Assembly (NCBI GenBank): GCA_028279365.1
Contig: JANQNX010000016.1
Coordinates: 82,017 to 146,016, forward strand
Reading direction: 5' to 3'
Source: Gammaproteobacteria bacterium
Lineage (GTDB): Bacteria; Pseudomonadota; Gammaproteobacteria; Eutrophobiales; Eutrophobiaceae
DNA: 64,000 nt
Position 1 is the stretch's first letter; each line of letters opens with the position of its first letter. The position numbers and the translations under genes are program-made. This document shows, piece by piece, positions 1 to 9,982 of the stretch. The notes below the pieces were generated by a model. That model was not told the DNA's origin, did not search any database, and was given only the letters and a program-made list of their open reading frames with translations.

Positions 1-1759
1 CCGTGTCATCCTGGTCAAGCTTGCCGATCGTTTGCATAACATGCGCACTATCGATGTATTAAAACCGGAAAAGCGTCGGCGTATCGCGCGCGAGACGCTT
101 GAGGTTTATGCACCTATCGCATTACGACTTGGCGTCAATACCATCAGACTGGAATTAGAAGAATTGGGTTTTGCCACACTCTACCCGATGCGCCATCGCA
201 TACTTTCAGAACAAATCAACAAGGCGCGCGGTAACCGTAAAGAAGTCATTAGCAAGATCCGCACGTCATTAAAACGACGTATGCGCCAGGAAAAAATTCC
301 CGGACAAATAATGGGTAGAGAGAAACATCTTTATGGCATCTATCAAAAGATGCGTGAACAGCATTTATCTTTCTCCGAGGTGTATGACGTCTATGCCTTT
401 CGAATTATTGTTGATGAGTTTGATACCTGCTATCGCGCTGTTGGTACCGTGCATAATATGTACAAACCGGTACCGGGTAAATTTAAAGACTATATTGCTA
501 TTCCTAAAGCAAACGGTTACCAGTCTCTGCATACAGTGTTATTCGGACCGTATGGCGTACCGATTGAGATACAAATTAGAACCCGGGAGATGAATGACGT
601 AGCGGAAGTGGGTATCGCCGCACACTGGTTATATAAATCGGAAGGTAAAAAGTCCGGCACTAAAGAACGCGGCTCGGATCGCAGCAGCGCTCATCGACGC
701 GCACGTGAATGGTTACGTAATATTGTCGAGATGAACAAAACCGCCGGTAATCCGAAAGAGTTTTTCGAAAATGTAAAAATCGATCTGTTCCCGGATGAAG
801 CCTATGTGTTTACCCCCAAGGGCAAGATCATGGAATTGCCGATGGGTTCTACTGCAGTCGATTTTGCCTACGCGATTCATACCGACGTCGGTAATCACTG
901 CGTCGGGGCCCGCATTAACCGAAAGTTGGCACCGCTGGGTACGGTATTATCAACGGGTGATACGGTCAGGATTATCACCGCTGAAAGCGGTCGCCCTAAC
1001 CCTGCCTGGTTGAATTACGTGGTAACCGCCAAGGCACGAACACAGATTCGTCATTACCTGAAAAACCTGCAAAACAGTGAAGCTATCGCACTCGGCAAAC
1101 GTCTATTAAACCGTGAACTGGAACCGTTTGACATTACTTTTCAAGACATCCCTGAAAAAGACATGCAGCGTTTGATTAGCGAAAACAAGGAAGAATCAGC
1201 CGATGACTTTTTTGCTTCGATTGGACTGGGTAACAAAATGGCACCGTTAATTGCGAGGCAAGTGGTATCGCTGGAACAATTAAGCAGCGTGCAGGAAAAA
1301 AGAGAAAAGTATGATGAACATATTCCTCTCATCATCAGCGGTACCGAAGGCATGGTCGTGACCTTACCCAAATGTTGTTACCCAATCCCGGGCGATCCAA
1401 TACATGGCTATGTTTCATCAGGCAGAGGCATCGTGATTCACCGTCAAAACTGCAAGAATATCGTCGACTTTCGAAACCAACAGGAAAAATGGGTACAGGT
1501 CGAATGGGAAAAAGATATTGATCGCGACTTCAGCGTTAAGATATCCATGAGTGTAAAAAATCAGCGTGGTGTTTTGGCAACGGTCGCTGCCACTATTGCC
1601 GATGCTAATGCAAATATTGTACATGTTGATATGGCCGATAGTGATGATCTCTATACCGCCTTGCGCTTCACCATTGAAGTGAATAACAGAGTGCACCTGG
1701 CGCAGGTGTTACGAAAAGTCCGACTATTAAAAAGTATCTCGCAACTCACTCGTATGTAA
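1..1759 (+). CDS. spoT: Bifunctional (p)ppGpp synthetase/hydrolase, C-terminal ~580 aa (5' end lies outside window)
   Basis: Reading frame is open to base 1 (RVILVKLADRLHNMRTIDVL = end of HD domain). It is followed by the RelA/SpoT synthetase region (YQSLHTVLFGPYGVPIEIQIRT), a TGS domain and a C-terminal ACT domain. recG lies nearby as in spoT-recG loci. SpoT vs RelA not fully distinguishable by eye. Confidence 0.85.
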   Translation, partial: RVILVKLADRLHNMRTIDVLKPEKRRRIARETLEVYAPIALRLGVNTIRLELEELGFATLYPMRHRILSEQINKARGNRKEVISKIRTSLKRRMRQEKIPGQIMGREKHLYGIYQKMREQHLSFSEVYDVYAFRIIVDEFDTCYRAVGTVHNMYKPVPGKFKDYIAIPKANGYQSLHTVLFGPYGVPIEIQIRTREMNDVAEVGIAAHWLYKSEGKKSGTKERGSDRSSAHRRAREWLRNIVEMNKTAGNPKEFFENVKIDLFPDEAYVFTPKGKIMELPMGSTAVDFAYAIHTDVGNHCVGARINRKLAPLGTVLSTGDTVRIITAESGRPNPAWLNYVVTAKARTQIRHYLKNLQNSEAIALGKRLLNRELEPFDITFQDIPEKDMQRLISENKEESADDFFASIGLGNKMAPLIARQVVSLEQLSSVQEKREKYDEHIPLIISGTEGMVVTLPKCCYPIPGDPIHGYVSSGRGIVIHRQNCKNIVDFRNQQEKWVQVEWEKDIDRDFSVKISMSVKNQRGVLATVAATIADANANIVHVDMADSDDLYTALRFTIEVNNRVHLAQVLRKVRLLKSISQLTRM

Positions 1760-1786
1760 TTTTTGATTCCAGACAGGGGAAAACTA

Positions 1787-2167
1787 ATGGATAAACAAAT
1801 CATATCAACAAGTAAGGCACCACAAGCAATCGGTACCTATTCTCAAGCGGTTAAGGTTGGCAATACTGTCTATCTATCCGGGCAAATACCGCTGATGCCT
1901 GACACGATGGAATTGATTGAGGGTGATATGCGCGCCCAGATTACCCGAGTGTTCGATAATTTAACTGCCGTCGCCGAGGCCGCAGGCGGGACGTTGGCAG
2001 ATATCAGCAAGCTCAATATCTTTCTCACCGACTTATCTCACTTTCCGCTTGTTAATGAAATCATGGCTGATTATTTTAGCGAACCCTATCCTGCCCGTGC
2101 CGCTGTCGGTGTAGCCAGCTTGCCCAAAGCTGCGCAGGTAGAAATGGACGCCATCATGACGCTGTGA
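1787..2167 (+). CDS. ridA: RidA/YjgF-family reactive enamine/imine deaminase
   Basis: 126-aa product with typical RidA signature ([24 protein letters not shown] ... [21 protein letters not shown]). ATG at 1787 is preceded by AGGGGA RBS. ORF-track start 1763 is likely upstream of the true start. Confidence 0.8.
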   Translation: MDKQIISTSKAPQAIGTYSQAVKVGNTVYLSGQIPLMPDTMELIEGDMRAQITRVFDNLTAVAEAAGGTLADISKLNIFLTDLSHFPLVNEIMADYFSEPYPARAAVGVASLPKAAQVEMDAIMTL

Positions 2168-2179
2168 GATCTGTCATTT

Positions 2180-4276
2180 TTGACTAAGCTAGCACAGCGG
2201 AGTCTTAATGACCCCGTTACCGAATTAAAAGGTGTCGCCAACGCATTATCAGAAAAGCTGGCGCGACTTGGTATCAGTAGAATTCAGGATCTGCTGTTCC
2301 ACCTGCCTTATCGATACATTGATCGTACCCGCCTGACCCCAATGGGCTCGCTACTCGCCGGACATGATGCCTATGTTCAGGGTGAAATAGAATTAAGCCA
2401 GATAAAATATGGCAGACGACGCTCGCTGTTATGCCAGATCAGCGACGGTACCGGTTCATTATTATTACGTTTTTTCTATTTTTCCAAACAACAGCAACAG
2501 TCAATGCAGCAAGGCAGATTATTACGCTGTTATGGTCAGGTCAGGCGCGGCCCGTCATCGCTGGAGATGGTACATCCGGAATATAGAATGATTCATGCTG
2601 ACCATGTTGAAGGACTGGAAGAACAATTGACCGCGGTGTATCCAGCGACAGAAGGCTTACAACAGAATCGCTTGAGAAAATTAATTGACCAGGCACTGTA
2701 TGCCTTACAATCCGACGCATCAGATTTAAATGAGCTCTTACCTGACAACATATTAAACGATCAGCAACTGCCCACATTAAGAGATGCACTGGAATATGTG
2801 CATCGCCCGCCACCGGATGCAAATACAGAGCTATTACTTGAAAACCGTCATCCGGCTCAATTGCGACTTGCCTATGAAGAATTACTGGCGCATCAGCTAA
2901 GTTTACAAGAACTGAGAAAAGAACTGCGTAAAGAACAATCGCCGCGGTTTGCTCAAAGTGAGACACTGACTCCAGCATTTTTAAAGCAGCTGCCTTTTCA
3001 ATTAACTAATGCACAACAGCGTGCATCCGCAACCATTGCTAAGGATATGAACAATTCAATGGCAATGCTAAGACTGGTTCAGGGCGATGTTGGATCGGGT
3101 AAAACTGTTGTCGCCGCATTGGCAAGCTTGCAGGCCATAGAGGCCAGTTATCAGGTCGCCATCATGAGTCCGACTGAACTGTTGGCCGAGCAACACTTTG
3201 CCAATTTTAAAAACTGGTTTGAACCACTCAACATCCAGGTGCATTTCCTCACCGGAAAATTGAAAAAGTCAGAACGCACGGCAACCCTGGAAAAACTGGA
3301 GATGGAACAGCCGCTGGTTGTTATCGGTACCCATGCCCTGTTTCAGGAATCGGTTAACTTTAACAAGCTGGGTCTGGTTATCATTGATGAGCAACATCGA
3401 TTTGGTGTGCATCAACGTCTGGCACTGATGGAAAAAGGCCGGCATCGCAATGAATACCCACATCAATTAATTATGACAGCAACGCCCATCCCTCGAACCT
3501 TAACCATGACGGCCTATGCAGATCTTGATCACACCATCATTGATGAGCTGCCACCCAACCGGCAGGCTGTTAACACCAGCGTTATCTCAAACCAACGACG
3601 CGACGAAATTATCGAACGGATAGAAAATGTTTGTCAGCAGCAACGTCAGGTTTACTGGGTGTGTACATTAATCGAGGAGTCGGAAAACCTTCAATGCGAA
3701 ACGGCAACAGATACCTATAATACCCTCAGCGAAAGGCTGGACTCAGTCACGACCGGCCTGATACATGGCCGCATGAAAAATGAAGAAAAGGAAACCATCA
3801 TGCGGCGCTTTAAGCAGGGCGAGATTGATCTACTCGTGGCGACAACGGTCATTGAAGTCGGTGTTGATGTACCCAATGCCAGCCTGATGATCATAGAAAA
3901 TGCCGAGCGTCTTGGCCTATCGCAGCTACACCAACTGCGCGGCCGTGTTGGACGCGGTAATATACAAAGCGACTGTATATTGATGTACCAGTCACCACTT
4001 GGCGATCTTGCCAAACAACGGCTCGAGGCATTAAGAAACAGCAATGACGGTTTTTATATCGCGGAAAAAGATTTGGCGTTACGCGGCCCGGGTGAAGTCC
4101 TCGGTACAAGGCAAGCCGGTATTCCTGAGTTACGGGTGGCAAACCTGTTACGCGATGCGCATCTTTTACCCGATATTCAGGACATCGCAAAAATTATGCT
4201 TAAAGATTATCCCGAACAGGTAGAATTATTAATTCGTCGATGGCTAGGCAATAGCATGGACTATAGCAATGTTTGA
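2180..4276 (+). CDS. recG: ATP-dependent DNA helicase RecG
   Basis: 698 aa. Wedge domain, then helicase motifs GDVGSGKT, DEQHRFGV, TATPIPRT, and C-terminal LRGRVGRG. Confidence 0.9.
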   Translation: MTKLAQRSLNDPVTELKGVANALSEKLARLGISRIQDLLFHLPYRYIDRTRLTPMGSLLAGHDAYVQGEIELSQIKYGRRRSLLCQISDGTGSLLLRFFYFSKQQQQSMQQGRLLRCYGQVRRGPSSLEMVHPEYRMIHADHVEGLEEQLTAVYPATEGLQQNRLRKLIDQALYALQSDASDLNELLPDNILNDQQLPTLRDALEYVHRPPPDANTELLLENRHPAQLRLAYEELLAHQLSLQELRKELRKEQSPRFAQSETLTPAFLKQLPFQLTNAQQRASATIAKDMNNSMAMLRLVQGDVGSGKTVVAALASLQAIEASYQVAIMSPTELLAEQHFANFKNWFEPLNIQVHFLTGKLKKSERTATLEKLEMEQPLVVIGTHALFQESVNFNKLGLVIIDEQHRFGVHQRLALMEKGRHRNEYPHQLIMTATPIPRTLTMTAYADLDHTIIDELPPNRQAVNTSVISNQRRDEIIERIENVCQQQRQVYWVCTLIEESENLQCETATDTYNTLSERLDSVTTGLIHGRMKNEEKETIMRRFKQGEIDLLVATTVIEVGVDVPNASLMIIENAERLGLSQLHQLRGRVGRGNIQSDCILMYQSPLGDLAKQRLEALRNSNDGFYIAEKDLALRGPGEVLGTRQAGIPELRVANLLRDAHLLPDIQDIAKIMLKDYPEQVELLIRRWLGNSMDYSNV

Positions 4277-4297
4277 TCAAACAAGCGGAACTAACAA

Positions 4298-4852
4298 TTG
4301 ATCCTTAACTGGCAAAATCAGTCTTCGGCATCGGAACAGATAAAGGATAAAAAATTACATCCTTATATCTTTCATGAAGCATCACTAACCAAACTGATAC
4401 AGGAATCATGTATTGGAGAATTCAGTATTGCCATCCACTCGACCGGTTGGGGTAAGGCAATGCCTGAAGAAATGGAACTGCTCGATGTCAATCAGGATGA
4501 ACCGATATTTGTCCGTGAGTCGTGGTTGAAGTCAGATAATGTCAATCTGGTGTTTGCGCGCAGTATTATTCCGGGGCAAAGCCTGGATGGCAGTCTCAGC
4601 AGACTAACTGATTTGGGCGACCGTCCACTTGGCGAAGTATTATTTGCCGAACCAAGCTGTGAACGTGCCGCCATGCGTTTTGCCAGACTGGATGAATCCT
4701 GCGATCTGTATCAACACATCGCACCGGAGCTCGATAACAAAGATGATATCTGGGTCAGACAATCGCTATTTAAAATCGAACACAAACCTTTATTGATATT
4801 GGAAATATTTTTACCCATCATCTCAAGATGCATGAAACAATCGAACAGTTAA
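4298..4852 (+). CDS. ubiC: Probable chorismate-pyruvate lyase (UbiC-like)
   Basis: 184-aa protein immediately upstream of and overlapping ubiA (ubiCA arrangement). Called from size and context rather than strong motifs. Confidence 0.5.
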   Translation: MILNWQNQSSASEQIKDKKLHPYIFHEASLTKLIQESCIGEFSIAIHSTGWGKAMPEEMELLDVNQDEPIFVRESWLKSDNVNLVFARSIIPGQSLDGSLSRLTDLGDRPLGEVLFAEPSCERAAMRFARLDESCDLYQHIAPELDNKDDIWVRQSLFKIEHKPLLILEIFLPIISRCMKQSNS

Positions 4853-5808
4853 TTGCTTCTGGCAAACTCACTGCCAATAAACTCCACCAACGCTTGTCAC
4901 TTATCGTTCAAAAATTGATAGTGAATGCGAAGTCTCGCTGGCCTTCAATCAAACTCAGACTGCAACGCTATGCATTACTGATTCGTCTGGATAGACCGAT
5001 TGGTATCCTGTTGTTGTTATGGCCGACACTGTGGGGCTTATGGATTGCGGCAGAAGGACTACCTGATCTCTATGTGTTATTTGTATTTACGCTCGGCGTC
5101 ATACTGATGCGCTCTGCCGGTTGTGTATTAAATGATATCGCCGATCGTCGCTACGATCCGATGGTGACAAGAACCAAACACCGGCCCTTGGCCAGTGGTG
5201 AAGTCAGTGCCAAAGAAGCGTTGGTACTCGCCCTGGTCATTATAGCAATCGCCTTTTTGCTGGTGCTGACCATGAATACACTGACCATTCAGCTGGCATT
5301 CGTAGCAGTCGGATTAGCCGGGATCTATCCCTTCATGAAACGCTATACCTATCTGCCGCAATTTTTCCTGGGCCTGGCCTTTGGCTGGTCAATACCGATG
5401 GCCTTTGCTGCACAAACCAATGCTATCCCACAATTAGCCTGGGTATTGCTAATCGCCAACGTACTGTGGTCGGTGGTGTATGATACGATGTACGCCATGG
5501 TAGATCGCGAAGACGATGTAAAAATCGGGGTGAAATCCACGGCCATTCTGTTTGATGATGCTGATAGATTCATCATCGGCGTTATTCAGATATTGGTATT
5601 AACCACGCTGATTATGGCGGGCAGACAGGCAGAGCTGGGCAAACTTTACTACCTGGGTTTATCGATCGGGGCATTATTTTTTGTTTATCAATTGCACTTA
5701 ATATGGCATCGTGAACCGAAAAAGTGTATGCAGGCCTTTCAAAACAATAACTGGTTCGGTCTTAGCGTATTTATCGGAATCATGTTTGATTACTTATTCA
5801 AATCATAA
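4828..5808 (+). CDS. ubiA: 4-hydroxybenzoate polyprenyltransferase
   Basis: UbiA prenyltransferase signature LNDIADRRYDPMVTRTKHRPLASGEVS with multiple TM helices. True start may be downstream of 4828, e.g. a GTG near 4922; the ORF track uses the longest frame. Confidence 0.85.
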   Translation: MHETIEQLIASGKLTANKLHQRLSLIVQKLIVNAKSRWPSIKLRLQRYALLIRLDRPIGILLLLWPTLWGLWIAAEGLPDLYVLFVFTLGVILMRSAGCVLNDIADRRYDPMVTRTKHRPLASGEVSAKEALVLALVIIAIAFLLVLTMNTLTIQLAFVAVGLAGIYPFMKRYTYLPQFFLGLAFGWSIPMAFAAQTNAIPQLAWVLLIANVLWSVVYDTMYAMVDREDDVKIGVKSTAILFDDADRFIIGVIQILVLTTLIMAGRQAELGKLYYLGLSIGALFFVYQLHLIWHREPKKCMQAFQNNNWFGLSVFIGIMFDYLFKS

Positions 5809-6683
5809 TGCTTCATAAACACTTACCACTTATTTGCCTGCTAGTTAGTTTTCATACTAACGCTGAGGAGATTGAAGTCAGGAATGAATGCCAACGTATC
5901 GGTAATAAACTCGGCAGCGTCAGCGTTAGCGATTGCTTGAATATCGGCCTGTCGACCAGTGATGGCTATTCAACCCAACAGGCACCAATACTGATTAAAG
6001 AATACCCGCCACTCAGCCGTCGCAGTCCGCTTGGTAAAGTTTTATTGATCGGTGGTATTCATGGTGACGAATACTCCTCTGTTAGTATTGTGTTTAAGTG
6101 GATGCGTACATTAAACACCTATCATTCAGGTTTGTTCCACTGGCACATCGTACCGCTCCTCAATCCTGATGGTCTGTTACGGAGAAAGTCGCAACGCGTC
6201 AATGCAAACGAGGTTGATTTAAATCGCAACTTCCCAATGGAAGACTGGGAAAATACCGCGTTAAAGCATTGGAAAAACTATACCGGTAGCAATCCACGTT
6301 ATTACCCCGGCGAAGCGCCGCTCAGTGAAAATGAATCAAGCTGGCTGGTAAAACATATCGACGAATTTCAACCGGACGTGATTGTTGCTGTTCATGCGCC
6401 GCATGGTGTGATTGACTATGACGGCCCCCGAAACGGGCCTTACAAACTGGGCCGATTGTACCTGAACCTGCTTGGTACTTATCCCGGTTCGTTAGGAAAC
6501 TATGCCGGCATCCAACGACAAATTCCGGTCGTCACGATTGAACTACCTTATGCTGGCATTATGCCGACCAACGACGAAATCAACAGTATCTGGCGAGATA
6601 TGGTCAGATGGTTAAGTGAAAATATTACCGAAGAGGCGTACAACCAGTCTCACGACATCGATCAGGACGCGGCACCCTCATAA
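5808..6683 (+). CDS. Secreted M14-family zinc carboxypeptidase (MpaA / murein-peptide amidase-like)
   Basis: Signal peptide. GGIHGDEYSS (HxxE zinc ligand), NANEVDLNRNFP motif, downstream HAPHG. Start overlaps ubiA stop (ATAATG). Confidence 0.7.
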   Translation: MLHKHLPLICLLVSFHTNAEEIEVRNECQRIGNKLGSVSVSDCLNIGLSTSDGYSTQQAPILIKEYPPLSRRSPLGKVLLIGGIHGDEYSSVSIVFKWMRTLNTYHSGLFHWHIVPLLNPDGLLRRKSQRVNANEVDLNRNFPMEDWENTALKHWKNYTGSNPRYYPGEAPLSENESSWLVKHIDEFQPDVIVAVHAPHGVIDYDGPRNGPYKLGRLYLNLLGTYPGSLGNYAGIQRQIPVVTIELPYAGIMPTNDEINSIWRDMVRWLSENITEEAYNQSHDIDQDAAPS

Positions 6684-7885
6684 ATAATCCGCCACTGACC
6701 GTCGTCTTCCAGCCGCCAATACTGGCGCTTGGTAAACCGTCTTTTAAAGTTATCGCTTTTATAATCCTGCACGAAGGTCACTACCATTAATTGCTCCTGT
6801 TCACCGGGATACAAAAACATACTGGTGTCAGACAATTCTACCTTAATGAACTTCTTGGATGGATTAACGCGCTTTTTATATTTCACCCAGGACTCATAAT
6901 CTTTACCGAGTCCGGAGTAGTCTGTTGAGTAGTGACTGAGATAACGTGTTACGTCTTTGCTTTCCCAGTCTTTACGCCATTGTTCAACATAGATTTCCAA
7001 CGCATGCTGACGTTTTTTCCAGTCAGCAACGCTAATCCAGTCGATTGATTCGGTAATAATCACCGGTGTTTCACCGTGATGAATAAACGGCGCTAGCGTA
7101 TTCAGATCGTTGTTACTAACAATGACACAGCCATTACTATCACGCGGCGGACGACTGAATGTACTACTTGGCGTACCGTGTAACCAGATGCCATAGCCAG
7201 TGCGCCCATGTCGCCTGTCCCAGGTATTAGGATAATTGATAGGAAAGGCACCATCACCATACAAGTCGGGTAATTCTTCCGGCTGGATAAAACCGGTAAC
7301 AAAATAGACGCCTACCGGGGTTTTTTGATCGCCCTCAACAAATTTGCGCGTTCCGTTTTTACCAATCGTGACATAAAAGTCCTGAATCAGTTTTGGCACT
7401 CCCTGCTGGTTCTTAAACAGAAACAGTCTCGAACGCGATGAGTCGACAACAATCACATGGTCTTGTTTGTTATCGAGTTGAACCAGTGATGCTGGCACCT
7501 TGCTTTTATCAACCGAGGAACGATGAAAATTCCAGCGCGCCTGAACTTCATCCCGCAACTGACTAATGGTTTCAAAAGAGGCATTGGGGATGTTGCCAAA
7601 ATCAGTGATCGCTTGTGATTTTGCCAATAGCATATCGGCATACATTAGCTGCGCTGCCTTAAAATCCGGGTTCGCAGTGACAAGCTTTCTGAGATCTTGC
7701 ATTGCCGCAACCGTATTATCTTTACTGATATGATCGAGGGCACTGATCAGCAGTCCTTCTGAATAATTGGAAAGGCCCTGTTTTGAGGTCGCTTTAGAGA
7801 GTAGGTCAGCCGCCTGAGCGCTTTGGATGGTCAGGTAAAAAATAAATGAAACGAGAAATAATGCGTGCTTTGAACTCATTTTCAA
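6662..7885 (-). CDS. Secreted L,D-transpeptidase (YkuD domain) with N-terminal TPR-like region and C-terminal NTF2-like domain
   Basis: Signal peptide. YkuD catalytic motif LHGTPSSTFSRPPRDSNGCVIV with the conserved His, Gly and Cys. C-terminal domain is homologous to the C-terminus of the adjacent TPR protein. Confidence 0.75.
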   Translation of the reverse strand: MKMSSKHALFLVSFIFYLTIQSAQAADLLSKATSKQGLSNYSEGLLISALDHISKDNTVAAMQDLRKLVTANPDFKAAQLMYADMLLAKSQAITDFGNIPNASFETISQLRDEVQARWNFHRSSVDKSKVPASLVQLDNKQDHVIVVDSSRSRLFLFKNQQGVPKLIQDFYVTIGKNGTRKFVEGDQKTPVGVYFVTGFIQPEELPDLYGDGAFPINYPNTWDRRHGRTGYGIWLHGTPSSTFSRPPRDSNGCVIVSNNDLNTLAPFIHHGETPVIITESIDWISVADWKKRQHALEIYVEQWRKDWESKDVTRYLSHYSTDYSGLGKDYESWVKYKKRVNPSKKFIKVELSDTSMFLYPGEQEQLMVVTFVQDYKSDNFKRRFTKRQYWRLEDDGQWRIIYEGAAS

Positions 7886-7909
7886 TTTATGAATTATCGA
7901 TAGCTGTAA

Positions 7910-8947
7910 TTATCGTACTCTTTCCTGTGTAATCAACCATTTATCATCGACTTTTCGCATCAACAGCTCTTTTCTTACCTGATCGCCATAGGTATTGGAT
8001 TGATAACGCTGGTTAAAACGAACTTCGGCATATTCGCTGCCGTGAATATTAATCTTGATATTGGATAAGGTGATTTTGATATAAGCCGGTTTTTTTAAAC
8101 GCACTTGCCTATCCACTTCCCAGGCCTCGCGACTGAGGTTTTTAGGCGGGATAAACTCCCGTGCATAAAAACTTAAGTAGCCAGCTACATCCTGCGCGGA
8201 CCATGCATTCGCCCAATCATTGACAGTATCCTCGACAGCTTGACGTGTGTTGGCCAATTCATCCTCTGCTGCACTGGCCCCAGGTGCGGCTTCAGCATCA
8301 GCCTTGGCGACAGGGGGCTCAGTCTTTGGTTTTTCTTTTGCCGGGATAACGATCAATTCAGGCTCTGTGACTACAACCGGCTTTTTTTGTTGAACGGGTT
8401 TGGGTGTTTCCACTGCCACCGGTGCAGATTGCGGCTGTGGTTCTGAAATAAGTTCATTCACTAACGATAACTTTGCCCTTGCAGTCGTATTACCGGTATC
8501 GAGTTCCAGCGCCTGGTTGTAAGCACGGCTGGCCATTTTCGCGTAGATATCACCTAGATTTTCATGTGCAGTGGCATAACTGGGATGAGTATTAATGGCA
8601 CTCTTTAAGGCATCTTCTGCCTGGTTATATTTACCTTGTGCTGCATAAACGACAGCGAGGTTGTTATACGGCTCAGGTAATTCAGGGTTGTCTTTGGTTA
8701 GCTGTACGAACACCTGCTCCGCATCACCCAGGCGATCCATACGTGTCAGGATTAACCCTTTAATGAAATTTAATTTAATATCAGACTGTTCACGACTAAT
8801 ACCCTCGTCAGCCAGTTTCAAGGCTTCGTTCAGTTTGTTTTGTTTTACCAGCGACTGAATATCACTATATATGTCAGCGCTGGCATGATTCGATATGAAC
8901 AGTAGAGAGCACAAGAATATCGTATGTAGAATTTTATTCAGCATCAT
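7910..8947 (-). CDS. Secreted TPR-repeat protein with Pro-rich linker and NTF2-like C-terminal domain
   Basis: Signal peptide, about 3 TPR repeats, a PKPVQQKKPVVVTEPE linker, and a C-terminal domain alignable with the C-terminus of the 6662..7885 product (W..W..DV..YLS.Y ... IK..LS ... W.I). Confidence 0.6.
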   Translation of the reverse strand: MMLNKILHTIFLCSLLFISNHASADIYSDIQSLVKQNKLNEALKLADEGISREQSDIKLNFIKGLILTRMDRLGDAEQVFVQLTKDNPELPEPYNNLAVVYAAQGKYNQAEDALKSAINTHPSYATAHENLGDIYAKMASRAYNQALELDTGNTTARAKLSLVNELISEPQPQSAPVAVETPKPVQQKKPVVVTEPELIVIPAKEKPKTEPPVAKADAEAAPGASAAEDELANTRQAVEDTVNDWANAWSAQDVAGYLSFYAREFIPPKNLSREAWEVDRQVRLKKPAYIKITLSNIKINIHGSEYAEVRFNQRYQSNTYGDQVRKELLMRKVDDKWLITQERVR

Positions 8948-9009
8948 GGATTTCCATAAGTTAGTTTGTTGGTCTGCTAAATCAATTCCCTATGAATAAA
9001 CAATTCAAT

Positions 9010-9083
9010 TGGAGCCCCGAGAGGGAATCGAACCCCCAATAGATGATTACAAATCATCGGTTATACCATTTAACTATCGGGGC
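9010..9083 (-). tRNA. tRNA-Thr (anticodon UGU)
   Basis: Reverse complement folds as a cloverleaf: acceptor GCCCCGA/TCGGGGC, D-arm GTTA-AATGGTA-TAAC, anticodon stem GATGA/TCATC with loop TTTGTAA (anticodon TGT), T-arm GGGGG-TTCGATT-CCCTC, and 3' CCA encoded. Confidence 0.8.
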
Positions 9084-9145
9084 AATTCCCGTTCTAGCCT
9101 GACTTTTTACAAAACAGAACTCGTCTGGCTCAAAATCGGCATATT

Positions 9146-9982
9146 CTAAGGATTTCCCGATGCCATAGCAATTTCGTTGCAAGCGACCGGCACAGCATTA
9201 AATCTGGCTGGGAAGCCGGTAAACAAGTCATTCACATAAGTGGAATTCTGCACGATCATAACATCAAACCAGCGTATCTGCTTTCCGTTTGAGTAAGGTA
9301 CAACAACTGGTTGATAACCTTTCGCCTTTATCTCATTCAAGCGGCGGTTAACTGATGCCTGACTGGAAAACACACCGAGCGAGACGGCATTGAGTAAATC
9401 GCCGGTATTAATCAAGCGCAGATCGTTGACACCTTGTTGCTTCAGATCGCGCATTGCGGCTTCGGCGTCTTGTCTTGATTTTTGCGGCGCCAGATAGACC
9501 CAAAATAGCTGCTTGCCATCTTCTGTAGTGAGACGCTCAGTGTACTTAATGGCACGATTATCCAACCAGCTGGACATCAGTTCAGACTCATTACTATCCG
9601 GGATCGGTCCATAGGTATAACAAACTACCTGCTGTTGTTGTTCTTCAAACGTATCCTCGCCAGGTTCAGCAAATGTCTGTTGCAATACACTATTGTCAAT
9701 TTGCATCATCGATGAATCAGCCAATAAGGTATCTATCATCTTTTCTGTATTTGGATTAAGTTCGATTGGCAACACCGGGTTGGATTGATCGGCATCGCTT
9801 AGCATGGCTTGTCGCGAAGCGGGTTTTTGATCGAGTTCGGCAATCAATGCAAGTTGTTTCGTACCCGGCGGGATTATAATTGAGTTTCTCAAACTCGCTC
9901 GTTCAATCTTCGCGCCGCGGTCTATTTCCCAACCAAGGTAAGCGACATTAGCGATTAACAATAAAATAAATAACCACTTCAT
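9146..9982 (-). CDS. SPOR-domain cell-division protein (DedD/FtsN-like, two C-terminal SPOR repeats)
   Basis: N-terminal TM anchor. C-terminal region matches the SPOR fold (AVSLGVFSSQASVNRRLNEIKAKGYQPVVV). Last gene of a birA-coaX operon. Confidence 0.6.
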   Translation of the reverse strand: MKWLFILLLIANVAYLGWEIDRGAKIERASLRNSIIIPPGTKQLALIAELDQKPASRQAMLSDADQSNPVLPIELNPNTEKMIDTLLADSSMMQIDNSVLQQTFAEPGEDTFEEQQQQVVCYTYGPIPDSNESELMSSWLDNRAIKYTERLTTEDGKQLFWVYLAPQKSRQDAEAAMRDLKQQGVNDLRLINTGDLLNAVSLGVFSSQASVNRRLNEIKAKGYQPVVVPYSNGKQIRWFDVMIVQNSTYVNDLFTGFPARFNAVPVACNEIAMASGNP

